The translations under genes and the position numbers were made by a program. DNA of 64,000 nucleotides from the NCBI RefSeq assembly GCF_006345805.1, contig NC_043006.1:5084001-5148000 (forward strand). Reading direction: 5' to 3'. The DNA is from Octopus sinensis. Lineage: Eukaryota. Positions 49,550 through 63,224 of this stretch are shown here, one piece after another; within the stretch, counting starts at the first letter, position 1; every line of letters starts with the position of its first letter. A model generated the notes under the pieces. That model worked only from the letters and a program-made list of their open reading frames with translations, did no database searches and was not told where the DNA came from.

Positions 49550-51824
49550 TAGTGGTTCTCAACTTCTTTAATATATGGGCCAATTCAAGACCTAAATTTT
49601 TTAAGGGAACCGCACCCAAAAAAGAAAAGCACAAGTTAATTATAGAAAAATTAATTATAGTTATTATATTTATAGTCATTAAAAAAGATGGAATTTAATG
49701 TGAAACATTATTTTGCTTTCCGACTTTCAACTAGTTTGTTACGACAAAGGCTCATGGTGGAAAATGCAGTGCGCAAGCAGTGGTTGACAAGTGGTCTGTC
49801 AATCAGTTATGATATTTTGGTTTGATACCTAGTTTGCTGAAAAGGGCTTCACACACATGTTGAACCAAATACAGCGGCATTTTTCTGCGCATTAGCACTC
49901 AATTTAGGATATTTCCTCTCTGAGAGTCGATTCTAGAAGTCGAGTAGCTAGCTATCTTTAAATGCGGATATCAGCTCCACATCTCACTGCAATTCCAGGA
50001 ACTCCATTCGAAATTCGCCAGGAGCAGTGATCGCATCTATTCCAAGAGGTGCTGAAAATATTTTCATCCAGAGCAAGGAATCCTTGATGATATTAAAACA
50101 GCGTTCAATCAAATCACTGATGATCCTGCTGTACTTAGTGTATGATCTGTGGATCTTGTCATCAGGAAGTGTGTGTGTGGGTGGGTGGGTGGGGGATCAT
50201 AGTGCCACGTGCAATTTGCACCTTCGAATGGCGAAACATTGCAATGAAGGTGATCATTGTACTGTACAATTCATGGTAGAGCGTGTCCTTGCTTTGTAGG
50301 GCGCGGTTCAAAGTCAAAATATGTCCGGTGATACCAGCCATGAAAGCCAGATCATCACTCCATTCTTTGTTGCTAAGCTGGGGAAAGATTATCTTCCTTT
50401 CAGCAAAAGCTTTGATTTCTGAGAGAAGTTTGTAGAACCTATTGAGGCATGTGATACGACTTAACTATCGTACAGCAGTGGACATTAGCATGTCTTCATA
50501 GTCAGCGTCAATATCCACCAGAAATTGCTTGAAATTACAATGTTCAGGGCTAGAATTATGATGGCACGAACCCAATTTATGATTGATATTGCAGCCTCTT
50601 TCACATTGGTCATTTTCAGCAACTTAGCAATGATATTTTCCCGGTATATAATGCAGGGGTTCCATATCACAGGAGTAAGGTTGTCCTCTGATCGCCATCT
50701 GGCAATGAGTTCTTGAAGTCCTTGTTTCTGTCCAAGCATAGAATGAACTCCATCTGTGGCAACCGAAACCGCTTTGAGTGATGCAAATGTGGTTGTTGAA
50801 GTCTTGCAAGAAATTCCTGAATATATCATCTGTACTTTTTGTTGAGCCTTGAATGGAATGCAGCGTGAGGGATTCTTTGTAAATCTGGAAGTTTGGCGTG
50901 ACTCCCCTAAGGAATTCAGCTCATTGCCTTGTTTCGGTAATGTCTTTTGTGCCTCAAGAGCAATAGAGTAGCAAACAAAATCCCTCAACTTACTGCGAAG
51001 CTGGTCACGCAGGCCACTAGATATACATTCAACCCGTCGAGTTACTGTGCCATTACTAAGCTGTATTTTCTTATCTTTTCATTTGAATGCTAGAATAACA
51101 ACATTCTTCAGTGAACACGACAGTAGCCTATTTCATGATGTTGCCATTTGATTGCGGCTTCATGTGGCAAACCAGAAGGTGGCTGCATGATGCCATTGTT
51201 ACGTCTTTACAATCACGTTTGAAGACATTCCTTTGTTTTATACACGCTGACTTTAAGAATTCCAACTTCCTTTTTCCTTTCTCTCTGGTAGCAATCATAC
51301 TCCTCAGAATGTGTTTTATACTGCCTCTCAATATTAAATGGCTTAAACTCTTTACCATCACAGGATAGAGAATGCAGAGTGTCTTGGCGTCTTTTTCAAT
51401 CACAAAATATTTTACTTCCCAATCGGCTCGAAATGTACGGTTCTTTTGCATAAATGTACGAGCTTTCTTCGAAATTACCACCTTGACAGTGAAGATGATT
51501 AATGCGCTGATGAAAGAATGAATAATGGTTGACTGAATGGTCTATTGTTTTACTAACACCGCTAATCGAAGGTTTCTTGGCAATGTTTGCGCGTGTGTGT
51601 ATCTCGTCGCAAATTTGAGTCAATGAATGAAGAAAATAAGTGTGATTTCTGTTTAAAACGGACTCACGCTTGAAATTTTTCAAAAAATTAAAATTTTGGT
51701 ATCAGGATTTCTGTATTTGATTGAGAACTTTCTAAATTAGGAGTTCTATTATGTTGTTTTAAAAAGATCGAGGGTCGCCGGGAGGATGTTTGAGGGCCGC
51801 ACGCGGCACTGGATAGAAGTACTG
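49550..51824 (-). mobile_element. hAT DNA transposon (SPIN/Charlie/GTF2IRD2-like transposase), decayed
   Basis: 8-bp TSD ATTAAGAC at 49542 and 51825; degenerate TIR TAGTGGTTCTC…/…GAAGTACTG; RTFRADWEVKYF, YSIALE, VATDG..SMLG, CII.RE and FGST motifs. Confidence 0.88.
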
Positions 51825-51965
51825 ATTAAGACACTTCCTTCAAATCTCGTTGCGCCATGGTTACGATCCTCCTAAAAAGATAAAGCGTTTGTTCTTCGTC
51901 GATTGCTCAGAAGAGATTTTCTGCCATATTAATATATTATGGAATACATTAATTTATAGATTATA

Positions 51966-52169
51966 GTCGACGAGCTGGCAGAATTGTTAGCACGCCGGAC
52001 AAAATGCTTAGAGACATTTTGTCTGTCTTTACGTTCTGAGTTCAAATTCCACTGAGGCCGACTTTGCTGTTAATTCGTTCGAGGTCGATAAAATAAGTAC
52101 CAGTCAAGTACTGGGTCGATGTAATCGACTAGGATCCTTCCCGAATATTTCAGGCCTCGTGCCTACAGA
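51966..52169 (+). mobile_element. SINE family 'A'
   Basis: Family head and body; TSD-like AATATATTATGGAAT at 51931 and 52170. Confidence 0.8.
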
Positions 52170-52191
52170 AATATATTATGGAATCAATTAT

Positions 52192-52600
52192 ATCTATATG
52201 TATAAAACACAGGACGTGTGTCTGTCTGTGTGTTTGTTATGTCGTTTTAGCTCGAGACCCACCCAACTAATTTTAATGAAATTTTGCACATGCATAACTT
52301 AGGGTCCATGGAGTGTCATGGGCCAAATCATTTTCAACTTCTTGCCTAATGCGGGCCCAGGGGCAGATAAACCGCGTTTTTAAAGCATTTTCGCAACGTT
52401 AAGGCCCGTAACTTGAAGAGTATCCAGTCGCTTTCCTCCAAATTTGGAACAAACATTAATCAGGCTCCTCGAATTGTTGTTGACGTTGACTATGCCCTCC
52501 CCCAATGCAGATTAATCAGATTTGAGTATACTGCACTGGGTTTTATCTTTGCTTTTGACCATTTTCCGACGATAAAATATTGACACTACTTATGCATTAT
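52192..52600 (+). mobile_element. Helitron-like 5' fragment (second family)
   Basis: A|TCTATATGTATAAAA…gtctgtctgt…ttttaatgaaattttgcac, typical of non-autonomous Helitron 5' ends; 3' CTAG end not identified. Confidence 0.45.
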
Positions 52601-53026
52601 AAATAGCGTATAATATTTCATGAAAACATTTTGGCCAATTTGGAAATGATAAGAAAATTAAATTTTTTGTCGGCTCCCTGCTGATGCTTCATGTTACCAT
52701 CCCGCGCACCACCGGGCCATGTGCGCGTGTGTGTAGATGGGTAAAATGTACAATAAACCCATTCATCCATTCTCCAAAAGTGTCCTGTTGATGTTTCACA
52801 TTTCCAATCCTGCGCAACACAGCATGGCCCGGCAGGATGTCTGCTTTCTATGTCATCCATGTCTGAACTATACAGTACAAAATGTTCATACAAAAACGAA
52901 AAAATATACTGCTGTTGTGACTCACAGCCATTTAAGTTTGACCGCGTGACCACTTCTGGAAGCTACACTCACCACCCGCAAATAGTTCTCCCCGTGTTCC
53001 CGCCCCCGTTTAGTCGGACGAGTAAA

Positions 53027-53465
53027 TACAGGATGTCCCAGATTAATGATGATTTGAGTGAGATCGGATGCATTTTTTAAAACCCCACTTTTATTTATAC
53101 TTATGTTTAATATGTGTTTAAAAGTGTATAAATTTTGAATTTTGTTTATAATTTTACTTTCATTCCTGTCGGACCCCTCTTATTTGTCCATGACAGCTTT
53201 TTTTCAATCTGGCAGCAATCATTTTCTTTACCTCCATCCTCAAGATGGAACAATCGTTTAGCTGAGCTTAAAGAACATATTCAGCTAGCAGTGCAGGAGC
53301 TAACTCCTGAAATGCTTCAAAATGTGTCTCACAACGCTAAGGAGAGATTTGAAGCATGCAGGGATAGAGACCTGTTGGAAATTTTCTATAAAAGTTTAAC
53401 GTAAGATTTATAAATCTATTTGTTTTGGTAATAAACATAAAAGTCTGTCATCTGGAACTCCCTCT
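53027..53465 (+). mobile_element. Internally deleted Tc1/mariner-superfamily element
   Basis: Degenerate TIRs TACAGGATGTCCCAGAT / ATCTGGAACTCCCTCTA; LAELKEHIQLAVQELTPEMLQNV…RFEAC resembles a DD37D/Tc3-type C-terminus. Confidence 0.55.
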
Positions 53466-53880
53466 AGTTGTTAGTTGTTGCATTGCTCGAGTAAATACTA
53501 AAATCAAAGATCTTCTCGCCGTAAACGTCCCATCTTTTTGTTAAGCATATTGTATCAAGGAGTATGTTATCCAAAATGTATCTCTCCTTTATAGGCGTGG
53601 CTATGTGGTTGAGAAGTTTGCTTTCCAACCATGTCGCCTTGGGTTCAGTCCCATTGTGCGACACGTTAGGCAATTCTCTTTCGTTACAGCTCCGTGCAGA
53701 CCAAAGCTTGTGTATTTTATAATTGCCATTACTATATTGATATATAAAATAACACATACAACTCATTATTGTCGTATAATAAACAAACAGAAGTTCCTGT
53801 ATGAAATTGATCTTTTTTCTGCTTCAATTATTACATGTTCTTTTTTCTTATAAGATACACACATACAGGAGGAGTAAATA

Positions 53881-54352
53881 GCATCTCGAAAGAGTCCAGA
53901 AGCTGGCTACCCGCATGGTTCTTGGTCTCAAGCATTTGTCTCATGAAGAAAGGCTGAAGACACTCGACCTTTATTCTCTAGAAAAACGACGACGCCGTGG
54001 TGATCTCATTCTTGCTCACAACATCATAAGCGGAAAGTGTAACTTCTCGAAAGAGCTGTTCTTCACTCCTGCTCCAGAGCGTCGGCTGCGGGGTCGCTCC
54101 GAAAAGCTCTATCTGCGACGATTTCATCTCAATCGAAGGAGAGGGGCTTTCTCCGTTTGGGTTGCGGATCCGTGGAATAAGCTGCCGGACGAGATAGTGA
54201 AGATGCCGACGACCGCTCGGTTCAAAGTCCCCCTTGACCACAAGTGGCCTGAACTCTTCATATGAACACCACCCTGTACATAACTCCATGTCCCCCTACA
54301 TGGCCTTGCTTTTTTGTTTATTGAGCCAAAAAATTAACTAACTAACTAACTA
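53881..54352 (+). mobile_element. CR1/L2-like LINE 3' end
   Basis: ORF 53915-54265 nearly identical to the C-terminus of 48062-48754; (AACT)n tail. Confidence 0.9.
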
Positions 54353-55256
54353 AATAACACTTTGAATGTGGCTCCCGAGAAAGAGTAAAAGTACTTACCC
54401 GATCAACAACGGATATTACTGCTAGTATTGAAATAAAAATGGGTGGGTGAGTTTGTGCTGTAATAAAATTATAAACAATAAACTTTGATAATTTGACGAC
54501 AATTCCCAATGAACCAACTCTCTTAACTATTTCTATTCCCTCATTTCATCCATTCGCTTTACTTGTATCATTAATGTTTGTATGAAAGGCATGAATATCA
54601 CAACAACCTGTTAAAACTTCAACTAAAATATATGGCGATTTTGCCAAGTTGGAAAAAAAAATTCCATATAAAGATAGATGGATTCTTAAAGATTTGATTT
54701 GATTGAGAATTGGTTGTTATTTCTAGGTGGACACTATCTGGTGCTTTCCTGATTCTGTAGAAATCTTCCGTTACTCTCATTTCACGTGAACGGGGCGAAC
54801 TAAGTTCGATCATAGAGTTTGAAGGAAATCGTTTATGTTTGGTAAATCTAGATCAGTTGTGAGAATTGTTCAGAAACCCAACTCTCATGAGTTGAATTAG
54901 GTTAAAAAATAATTTTTGGACCGAAAATAATAATTCCTCATAAATATCTTACTTCAAAATCTGATATTTCACAAGACTTTGGAATGAAGGTGTGATAAAC
55001 AGATTAAGTATCTTGTCATGCTGAAGTAACTAGTTAACGATGATGGCAGAGCAACCCTACAGACAAGGCATCTGAATAAATCATAGCAACTCATTCCGAA
55101 CCGGTTAAGCAGAGCGGAAGGCTAACCAATGATGGTTTCTCCTTTGGACTTTGCCGACTGATTCGTTGAAGTTGCGTAGCCACCCGAGTTTTAACTGTAA
55201 TAAAGGCATTAAACTGCTGTCACGAAATGTTCTAACAATCAACCTACAAACCTAAA

Positions 55257-55323
<67 letters not shown>

Positions 55324-55486
55324 ATATAAATGTGTGTATATATATACATATAAATGTGTGTATTTATATATAAATGTATATATATATATATAATATATAT
55401 ATATGTGTAAATGTGTGTGTGAATATATATAAATTTGTATATATATATATATACATATACATATATGTAGGTATATATATTTATAT

Positions 55487-55532
<46 letters not shown>

Positions 55533-55637
55533 TGTATATGTATACATATAAATGTGTATGTGTGTGTGCGTGTAATGTGTGTATGTGTGTGTGTATATGT
55601 ATATATTTGCATAAAGTTAAATATACGTCCGGTCATA

Positions 55638-55699
55638 GAGTGACCAATGGTTTCGCATCCATAAAGCGCTTAGCTCTTCATAAACGGTTCGTCAGACCC
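55638..55699 (-). ncRNA. Type-I hammerhead ribozyme in the inverted pseudo-LTR of a Penelope-like fragment
   Basis: Minus strand: gggt-CTGACGA-ac-CGTTTATGAAG…CTTTATGGATG-c-GAAAC-cattg-GTC^actc; stem III ACCA/TGGT. Confidence 0.7.
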
Positions 55700-55744
55700 C
55701 AGTAGCCGTGGGCAAGTCTAGTGTGACGTCTTGGCTCCAATTCA

Positions 55745-56740
55745 TGCAGGCCCTACTGGAAACAAAGCAAAAGGCTCTCCTACATCAACACAGCCTCCTG
55801 CAAATGGCCTATCGTGTTAAGGAACCTCGTGAAGGGTGTCAGCAATAGGATCTCCAATATGTCCTCGAATCAAGACATTTTCGATGCCGCAGCCCCCATA
55901 CTACAACGAGCGTCCAGTGAATTTAAGGAAAGCATTTCTTATATACCAAGCCCTTGCTCCCGCAAATGGAAGCGCAACCTGAAGGTCGTTTGGTTTGCCC
56001 TACCCTTTCCCCTCAACTTTAAAACTTGAGTGGGAAGGATATTTCTTAGGTTAGTAGACAAGCACTTCACGCAGACACATAGGTACGGAGGTTTGTCCAA
56101 TAGGCACAACTTAAATTTCTCCTTTCGTTGTGCACCCAACATGTAAAGAATAGTGGTGAGCACCCATGAAACGTGAGCAGAGGCCGGTTGCTCATGCGTA
56201 GAATACATTGACTGCCCAGTGGAGGCGGGGTTAATGCAAGGCTGAGGGATTAGCATTAAGCGGCAGAGACGCCAACGACTATGACCGTAGCAGCAACAAC
56301 AGCACTGCAGTTAGAGGTGTCGGCGGATTCACCAGTCCCACGCCCAGAAATAACAGCACCGACGGCAGCCACAACGCCACCGGCAACACCAACAGCAACA
56401 CTGAGGTTGAGGATGACCAATACGCCAGCAACAACAACAGTGGTATCAGCGGACCCACGCCCTGTAATAATAGCACCGACGGCAATGACAGCAGCCTCAA
56501 CAAACCAGGCCAATGTAAGAAACACCAGAGTCGGGAACACAACCACCACTTAAGTTCGGAGACACATCGATTCGACCGTACAACCATAGGTCCTCTTTTC
56601 AGATTCCGGAAAGGCGTTGCGTCACATCCCTGGCCAGCCATTTGTAGTACCTTAAGGATAAAGGAACCCTATACAAAATTAATTGGAGGCTCATAGAGCA
56701 ACCAGGGTCCTATATATACGGGAGCGGATGATGCAGAAAG
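55745..56740 (+). pseudogene. Penelope-like element RT C-terminus, linker and GIY-YIG remnants
   Basis: NRISNMSSNQDIFDAAAP…RKWKRNLKVVWFALPF…VGRIFLRLVDKHF…FSFRCAPNM (PLE consensus RKR.IIWFNPP…IG..FL.LIDKHF…SYSCM.N); later YKINWRLI. Confidence 0.8.
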
Positions 56741-58268
56741 TAGAGAGAGAGAGAAAGAGAATGAGATAGATAGAGAGAAGGGAGAGCGAGAGAAAAGGAG
56801 AGCAAGATAGGAGGGGAGAGAGAGAAAGAGAGAGAACATGGTATGCGGTTTGATACAGAGAACGCCTACAGATTTTACATTCGATTGTACACTAACTTGT
56901 CATGCTGCACTTATACCCAGAATTTGTGCGTTTACCAAAAAAAGGTTCACAAACAACTAGCAGGTGCTGGAGACAGGTATTAGGGTACCAAAATCATTAA
57001 CCTTTCCTATGAAAAGAATATTGAGAGGTACAAGGAAACTACTCGCAAAGAATAATCAACCTTGTTAAACTACTATAGTAGAAGATTTCAACAACGGACA
57101 AAAAATAAGAAAGAATATTCCTTGTTTATTGAACAAGCTACTATAGCAATGTAAACTTCAAATAAGTTCAGATGAAGCATCGTTCTGTGCATAAAGGAGA
57201 CAATAGAGTGAAGAATTTGTATTCTGACAGCAAAAGTCAACTTAGAAGTCTTGCTTGTAATTATGCAAAGCTTTTAACCGTAGACTAGAGGGGCCTCAAC
57301 GTTTAGGCAACAGTGTTTTTTCACTACAGCCTTCGTTGAAACACCTAAGACTATTTCAAACATAGTGGGGAATGAAGAGAAAGAAAAAAGTTTGCTTGCA
57401 TGTTCCACTGAACTTTGCTCTTAGTCTTTTACTATGTAAACCGAGTGTTATATTCTACAGCGCGATTAAGAAGTTGGAACTGCCATTATTAACATCTTAG
57501 GCGGAGGTGTTTAAGGAAACAAAAATCTATTCGGTACATGATGAATCCCGTTATATCACACGAATTAAATTAAGTGAGAGAGAGGTTATTCAAGAGGATT
57601 AGTGAAAATCCAACCTGAAAATAGAGGCATTAATATCGTTCAACCTGCATAGAACGATGTTATTCAGTCGGTTGTGGAACATATATGATTATCTTACTGC
57701 AATAACAATGGTAGTCGAGATTTCACAGTCAAATTTGTTATCTTGAAGAGGAGAAGCAGGAAAAAGCGTGTGGAGCGAACCAACTAATGATCAGCAAGTC
57801 GAATATATTTACATAAAAACCTTATTGAAAGTGAAGCCAACCAGATTGTAACTTCATTTGAGCTAAGTGTATGATGTACTTTTAGCCTTTGTCAACACAC
57901 TGAAGAGACGTGTCAACACACGTCTCCAACATTCGCAGCGTATCTAGATGACAATACGTCTCAAAAGTACCGTTTCGTCTCAGCAGAAAAAATTCTACAA
58001 CAATGATATGCAAACAATATATTTGATCTATCATAAATTATGCCATTCTTACAATACATCATCATTTGTAATACACAGGCCGCATCCACAGATAGTCTGC
58101 GCAAAGACACATTGTGGCATCTTTTGTTTGTTTCCGCAGCAAACTTTAATCCTGAGATCCCCAGTCACTGCATGAACAATTAATAACTTATAACATCGGA
58201 AATAGTCACAGTAAGTATTACGATATCTTAAAACAATTTTCTGTTTTGCAAATATGCAAAAATAGTTA

Positions 58269-58534
58269 TGAATAAAATAAATAAATACGCCCTTTTTAAA
58301 GCCTAGCCAGGTTCGTGGGTCCGGTTTCACGGTTTCAATGGCGTAAGTGTTCCCCAGCTGGACGGGATGCCAGTCCATCGCAGTGTTACTCATTTTTGCC
58401 AGCTGAGTGGACTGGAGCAACGTGAAATAAAGTGTTTTGCTCAAGAACACAACGCGTCGCCCGGTCCAGGAATCGAAATCACAATCTTACGATCATGATG
58501 CTGACACCCTAACCACTAAGCCACGCGCCTCCAC
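58269..58534 (-). mobile_element. OR2-like SINE
   Basis: tRNA head at 58534; 14-bp TSD TGCAAAAATAGTTA at 58255 and 58535. Confidence 0.88.
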
Positions 58535-59055
58535 TGCAAAAATAGTTACAATATCAATAATCTCATTTAGTTCAAACACTAGGCTGGAATAAGCACCATG
58601 GATAGGTGCAGAGGATCATCCTGCTTACCTCGCTAAGCCCAACAACAAAATCCGATGCGCTGAAGAATCCATTACACGTTCGATCTCACTGCTAGGCATT
58701 GTAACTAGATTGACCATGTCATTTACTAATGGCTTGGAAAATTACAAATGTATTCTGATGATACTGACTTCATCTACATATTCTATGTAATCTTTCCTTG
58801 TACCTTTAATTCATGGAATGAATTCTTATTGTAACATGCAACATTAATAATTGCCGCAAATTGCAGTTGTGATTCTTTCTTCTTATCATAGATATCGATA
58901 TCTAGTTTATCTTAATTCTACATGGACTCGTATCCTGACTAAATTATAAATTTAGACATGTTCTAATTAGAATTAGCTTTATTTTTCTTTTCTCCTTCTG
59001 AATTTCTTCGTCTACACTTCTGTATATCGTTTACACCTATAAACACACACAAACA

Positions 59056-59110
<55 letters not shown>

Positions 59111-59140
59111 CACACACACACACACACACAAGCACAAACA

Positions 59141-59185
<45 letters not shown>

Positions 59186-60461
59186 CACACACACACACAC
59201 ACACACACAAGCACAAACACAAACACACACACACACACACACACATACGTATGTGTAACCGATGCATTTATCAGTTTATATTCGGTATTCCCGTGTATGT
59301 ATGATAATTACTCCAGCTATTCTCTACAAACACACGTTTATCAGATTCGTTCTACAATTACCTCAGCATTCGTTTCTTCTGGAACTATCAATGACCAGTT
59401 TTATCAGTTCCACTCTTCATTCATTTGTCTTACTCCTTGATGGTTCTTATACTCCTTACACACCATTCACAGACTCTGTCATGCTGTTTCAAATATTCCA
59501 AACTGACACTCTGTTCCCTCATTCTCTCCGTCTCTCTCTTCCTCTTTCTTTAAATTTACATACATACATGTATGTATGTATGCATGTATGTATGTATGTA
59601 TGTATGTATGTATGTATGTATGCATGTATGTATGTATGTATGTATGCATGTATGTATGTATGTATGCATGTATGTATGTATGCATGCATGTATGTATGTA
59701 TGTATGCATGTATGTATGTATGCATGTATGGTATATATATATATATATAAGGTATATGGTGAGGAGAGAGAATGACAGAGAAATAAATTAGCGAGACTTC
59801 TCTCCTTCTGTCCAAAAATCTTCATTTTTTTAATCATTCTTTTTCTTATCTGTTTTTGCATTTTCCAATCTCAAATAACTTTTTTTTCTTTACTTCTATC
59901 TTCAGTCTTCCTTCTTTTCCCGTCCCTCCATATTCTTCTCATTCTCATCTCAAACCTCGTATACAGTCACCCCAACCTTTTCTTCTCAAGAACTAGAATT
60001 TTTTTTCCAACGAATCTTCAAACCAACTCACGTTCCATTTCCGGTACTCTACACAAGTCTAATAAAGAGCCCTTCTTCACCGTGATGCTACTAAACCAGC
60101 TCCTATCTTTTCACAGCGATCTATTAAGAGAAAATAGCTGCCGCTATGGTGGTTTGCTTTCATAAGCACCATCAAAACGCTTGCCCTCCCCCCATCTCAC
60201 TTTTATTGCTATAATTATTTTGAAACAAAACCAACAGAAACAAAACAACTACAATAAAAACAACAAAAACATAAAACAACTAAAGCAAAAGTAGACAAAA
60301 AAGCACAAAAAATAGAGAAAAATAGAACTAGAAAAATAGGGATCTACCCTCCTCCCCTCCTATTTCTTTTCTTCTACATTTCCGCATTAAACCTCATGAG
60401 AGGAGACATCCAGATTTTCTTCAAAAAATATTCCCCAGATAAATATTCTTTACGTGAAATT

Positions 60462-60565
60462 TCATCATCATCATCATCATCGTCGTCGTCGTCGTCGTTG
60501 TCGTCACCGCCATCATCATCATCATCATCATCATCCTCATTTTCATCATCATCATCATCATCACT
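60462..60565. repeat. (CAT)n/(CGT)n trinucleotide repeat
   Basis: Direct inspection; explains the poly-D/S/H ORFs. Confidence 0.95.
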
Positions 60566-61431
60566 GTCGCTGTCGTTTAGCTCCAAATCGGCCTAGGACC
60601 AGCAGATCAATAATTAAGCGTTCCAACTGTGACCACTCATTTTTTTTCCCTAGGCGGATGTGTTGGTGCAGGGAACCCGGGATCACTTTATTTAACGTTT
60701 CCTTCTAAAATGACAGCATGTGATTTGAGGAAGATTTGGCTACTATTTCTAGTAGCTGGAGCGACCACTTAGAAGCCCTATCGTAGTCTCCTTGTTATTT
60801 TTGCAGTTGTTGTTCTTGTTGTCGACGTCGATGCTATTGTTCTTGCAAATTGTTACAAACGATGGAGTGCTCAACCTCGTATCATTTGGTAACATCCAGT
60901 TAATCAAAATCACATCGAAAGTTGCTTAAGCGTCTCGTTCCTTCTGTTCAGTGACCATCCAACCATCCACTCATCCAACCATCCGTCTATCTTCACTACC
61001 TTCTATTCTTGGGAAATTCATGGCGGTAGAGTCCTCATGCACCTCGTTCGCGGTTTACCCATGGGTCTCCTCTGGCTTGAAGAATCCGCCTTGCGATTCA
61101 TTCCTCTCACATTCTACTCGCATGTCTACAGTGCTGGAGTTGTTACCTCTCAATATAGAGAATTAGCGGCTCAACCTAGAAAGATTCCCGGATATCCGAG
61201 TTACAAATCCTGTCGAGTAATGTTACTCCAGAGATCCTTCGGAGGAACCTTAGTACGGCCGTTTGTATTCACGGTCGTACGCTTTTGATTATTACCCAAC
61301 GTTCATGCTCATAGTTGAGGATAGACACGGAAACCGAAACGAAGATGGCAAGTTTTGCTTTTTGTCACCCTTCCCTCTTCTAAGGATCAAATATTAGATC
61401 TGGCGCGTAACTGTGTCAGCTCCTGCAATAA

Positions 61432-62046
61432 TACTAAGGGCAGCTGAAAAGTTCCTGGCTTTAAGGATATCGGGAAGGGCCTGGCTGGATGTCCAACGTT
61501 CCGAGTTCTTTTGTGGAAGTGGAAGCACTCCGTCGGTTACGACGACGAGGGTTCCGGTTGATCCGAATCAACGGAACAGCCTGCTCGTGAAATTAACGTG
61601 TAAGTGGCTGAGTACTCCACAGACACGTGTACCCTTAACGTAGTTCTCGGGGATATTCAGCGTGACACAGAGAGTGACAAGGCCGGCCCTTTGAAATACA
61701 ACAGAAACAGGAAGCAAGAGTGAGAGAAAGTTGTGGTGAAAGAGTACAGCAGGGATCACCACCATCCCCTGCCGGAGCCTCGTGGAGCTTTAGGTGTTTT
61801 CGCTCAATAAACACTCACAACGCCCGGTCTGGGAATCGAAACCGCGATCCTATGACCGCGAGTCCGCTGCCCTATCACTGGGCCATTGCGCCTCCACCCG
61901 AGTTCTTTTACAGGGCTTAGGAAAACTGAAGGGCCGCAGCAATAAGTGTGTGAACCTGAGAGGGGGGGATATGTTGAATAAAATCATAACTGAATCTCCT
62001 GTATTTTCTTTTACCCAAAGCCAGGAACTTTTCAGCACCTCTTCGC
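61432..62046 (+). mobile_element. Non-autonomous mariner derivative containing an OR1-like SINE
   Basis: TIR core GCTGAAAAGTTCCTGGCTTT / AAAGCCAGGAACTTTTCAGC; C-terminal remnant GRSNKCVNLRG..VE*. Confidence 0.8.
61513..61897 (-). mobile_element. OR1-like SINE
   Basis: 12-bp TSD CCGAGTTCTTTT at 61501 and 61898. Confidence 0.9.
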
Positions 62047-62259
62047 AGCATCTAATGCAGCCTCTTGGTTCTCAGTAACGTCTCTAAAATAAACCCTTGC
62101 CATGGAGAGAGAGTTTGATTCATTCGATTGCAGCCTGTCCTGTTAAAATAAAAAAAGATTATGACCTTATAATAAAATCAGAAACGCTTGTTCTTTATAT
62201 CGTTTGAGTTCAAAGCATGCAGGTTATTGCCTTTACTAATTTCAGGGCCGATAAACAGA

Positions 62260-62455
62260 CCTCCTCTTCCTCCATCAACTCCTCCTCGTCCTCTTCCTCC
62301 TCGCCCTCTTCATCCTCCTCCTCCTCCTCCTCCTCTTCCTCCTCGCCCTCTTCATTCTCCTCCTCCTCCTCCTCCTCCCCCACTCCTCCACCTCCTCTCA
62401 CTCCTCTTCCTCCCCCCACTCCTCCTCCACCTCCTCATCTTCCCTATTCCTCCTT
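62260..62455. repeat. (CCT)n-rich polypyrimidine tract
   Basis: Direct inspection. Confidence 0.9.
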
Positions 62456-62696
62456 CTGTAGTGATATAAACTTACAGTATACGTTTCTAACTTTGTTACA
62501 AGGTCAGAAGCTTCTTTTTTAAAGGAGAGTGGTCTTTTTATAATACGTGATATGTAATGTGTGAGTGGTAATATAAATGACTTTTATTGTCTTTACCTGT
62601 TTTTTTTCCGATTTGCCTATACATATATACATGCATACATACATACATACATACATACATACATACATACATACATACATACATACATACATACAT

Positions 62697-62890
62697 AGAT
62701 CGTTAGCCACTACACACATTTTTTTCCTCTCCTTGTTTCTCTCCTTGTTTTTTTTTCTGTGTCCCTTTCTGTAGGAGAGCGTAGGCTCGAAACGTAAAAG
62801 ACTTTCTATTCCTGAGCGTTATACTAATACATCTGTTTGTTTTGTACACCACCTGTCTTCGTCTTTTGTTTTTTTCGTAAACTCTCCCTA
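62697..62890 (+). mobile_element. Penelope-like pseudo-LTR fragment in (TACA)n with a variant minimal HHR (62765-62800)
   Basis: cttt-CTGTAGGA-GAGC-gtag-GCTC-GAAAC-GTA-aaag; stems I and II intact, core altered. Confidence 0.55.
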
Positions 62891-63224
62891 CATACATACA
62901 TGCGCATACACACACCGAGACACACATATATTCGTTGTGCAAGGAGCCGTAGTGCAAAGAGCCGTTGTGCAAGGGGAATGGATTACCAAGATTGTCAGAA
63001 CGTTCGACAAAATATCCCGATCTTTACGTTCCGATTCCAAATCTTATTGAGGTCAACTTTGCCCTTTATCCGTGCAGGGTGGACAAAATAAAGAGTCAGT
63101 CAAATCACTTGGATTGATGGTATCTACTAACCCTTCTTCCCTCAAACATTACTGGCTCTGGGTCTAAATTAGAAACAGTGTCTATTATTTTATTTATCTA
63201 TTCATTAGTCCTCTTCATAACGAA

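Noticed and set aside
56281-56553. Mucin-like host exon
   Set aside because: Embedded between Penelope coding remnants on the same strand; no splice context
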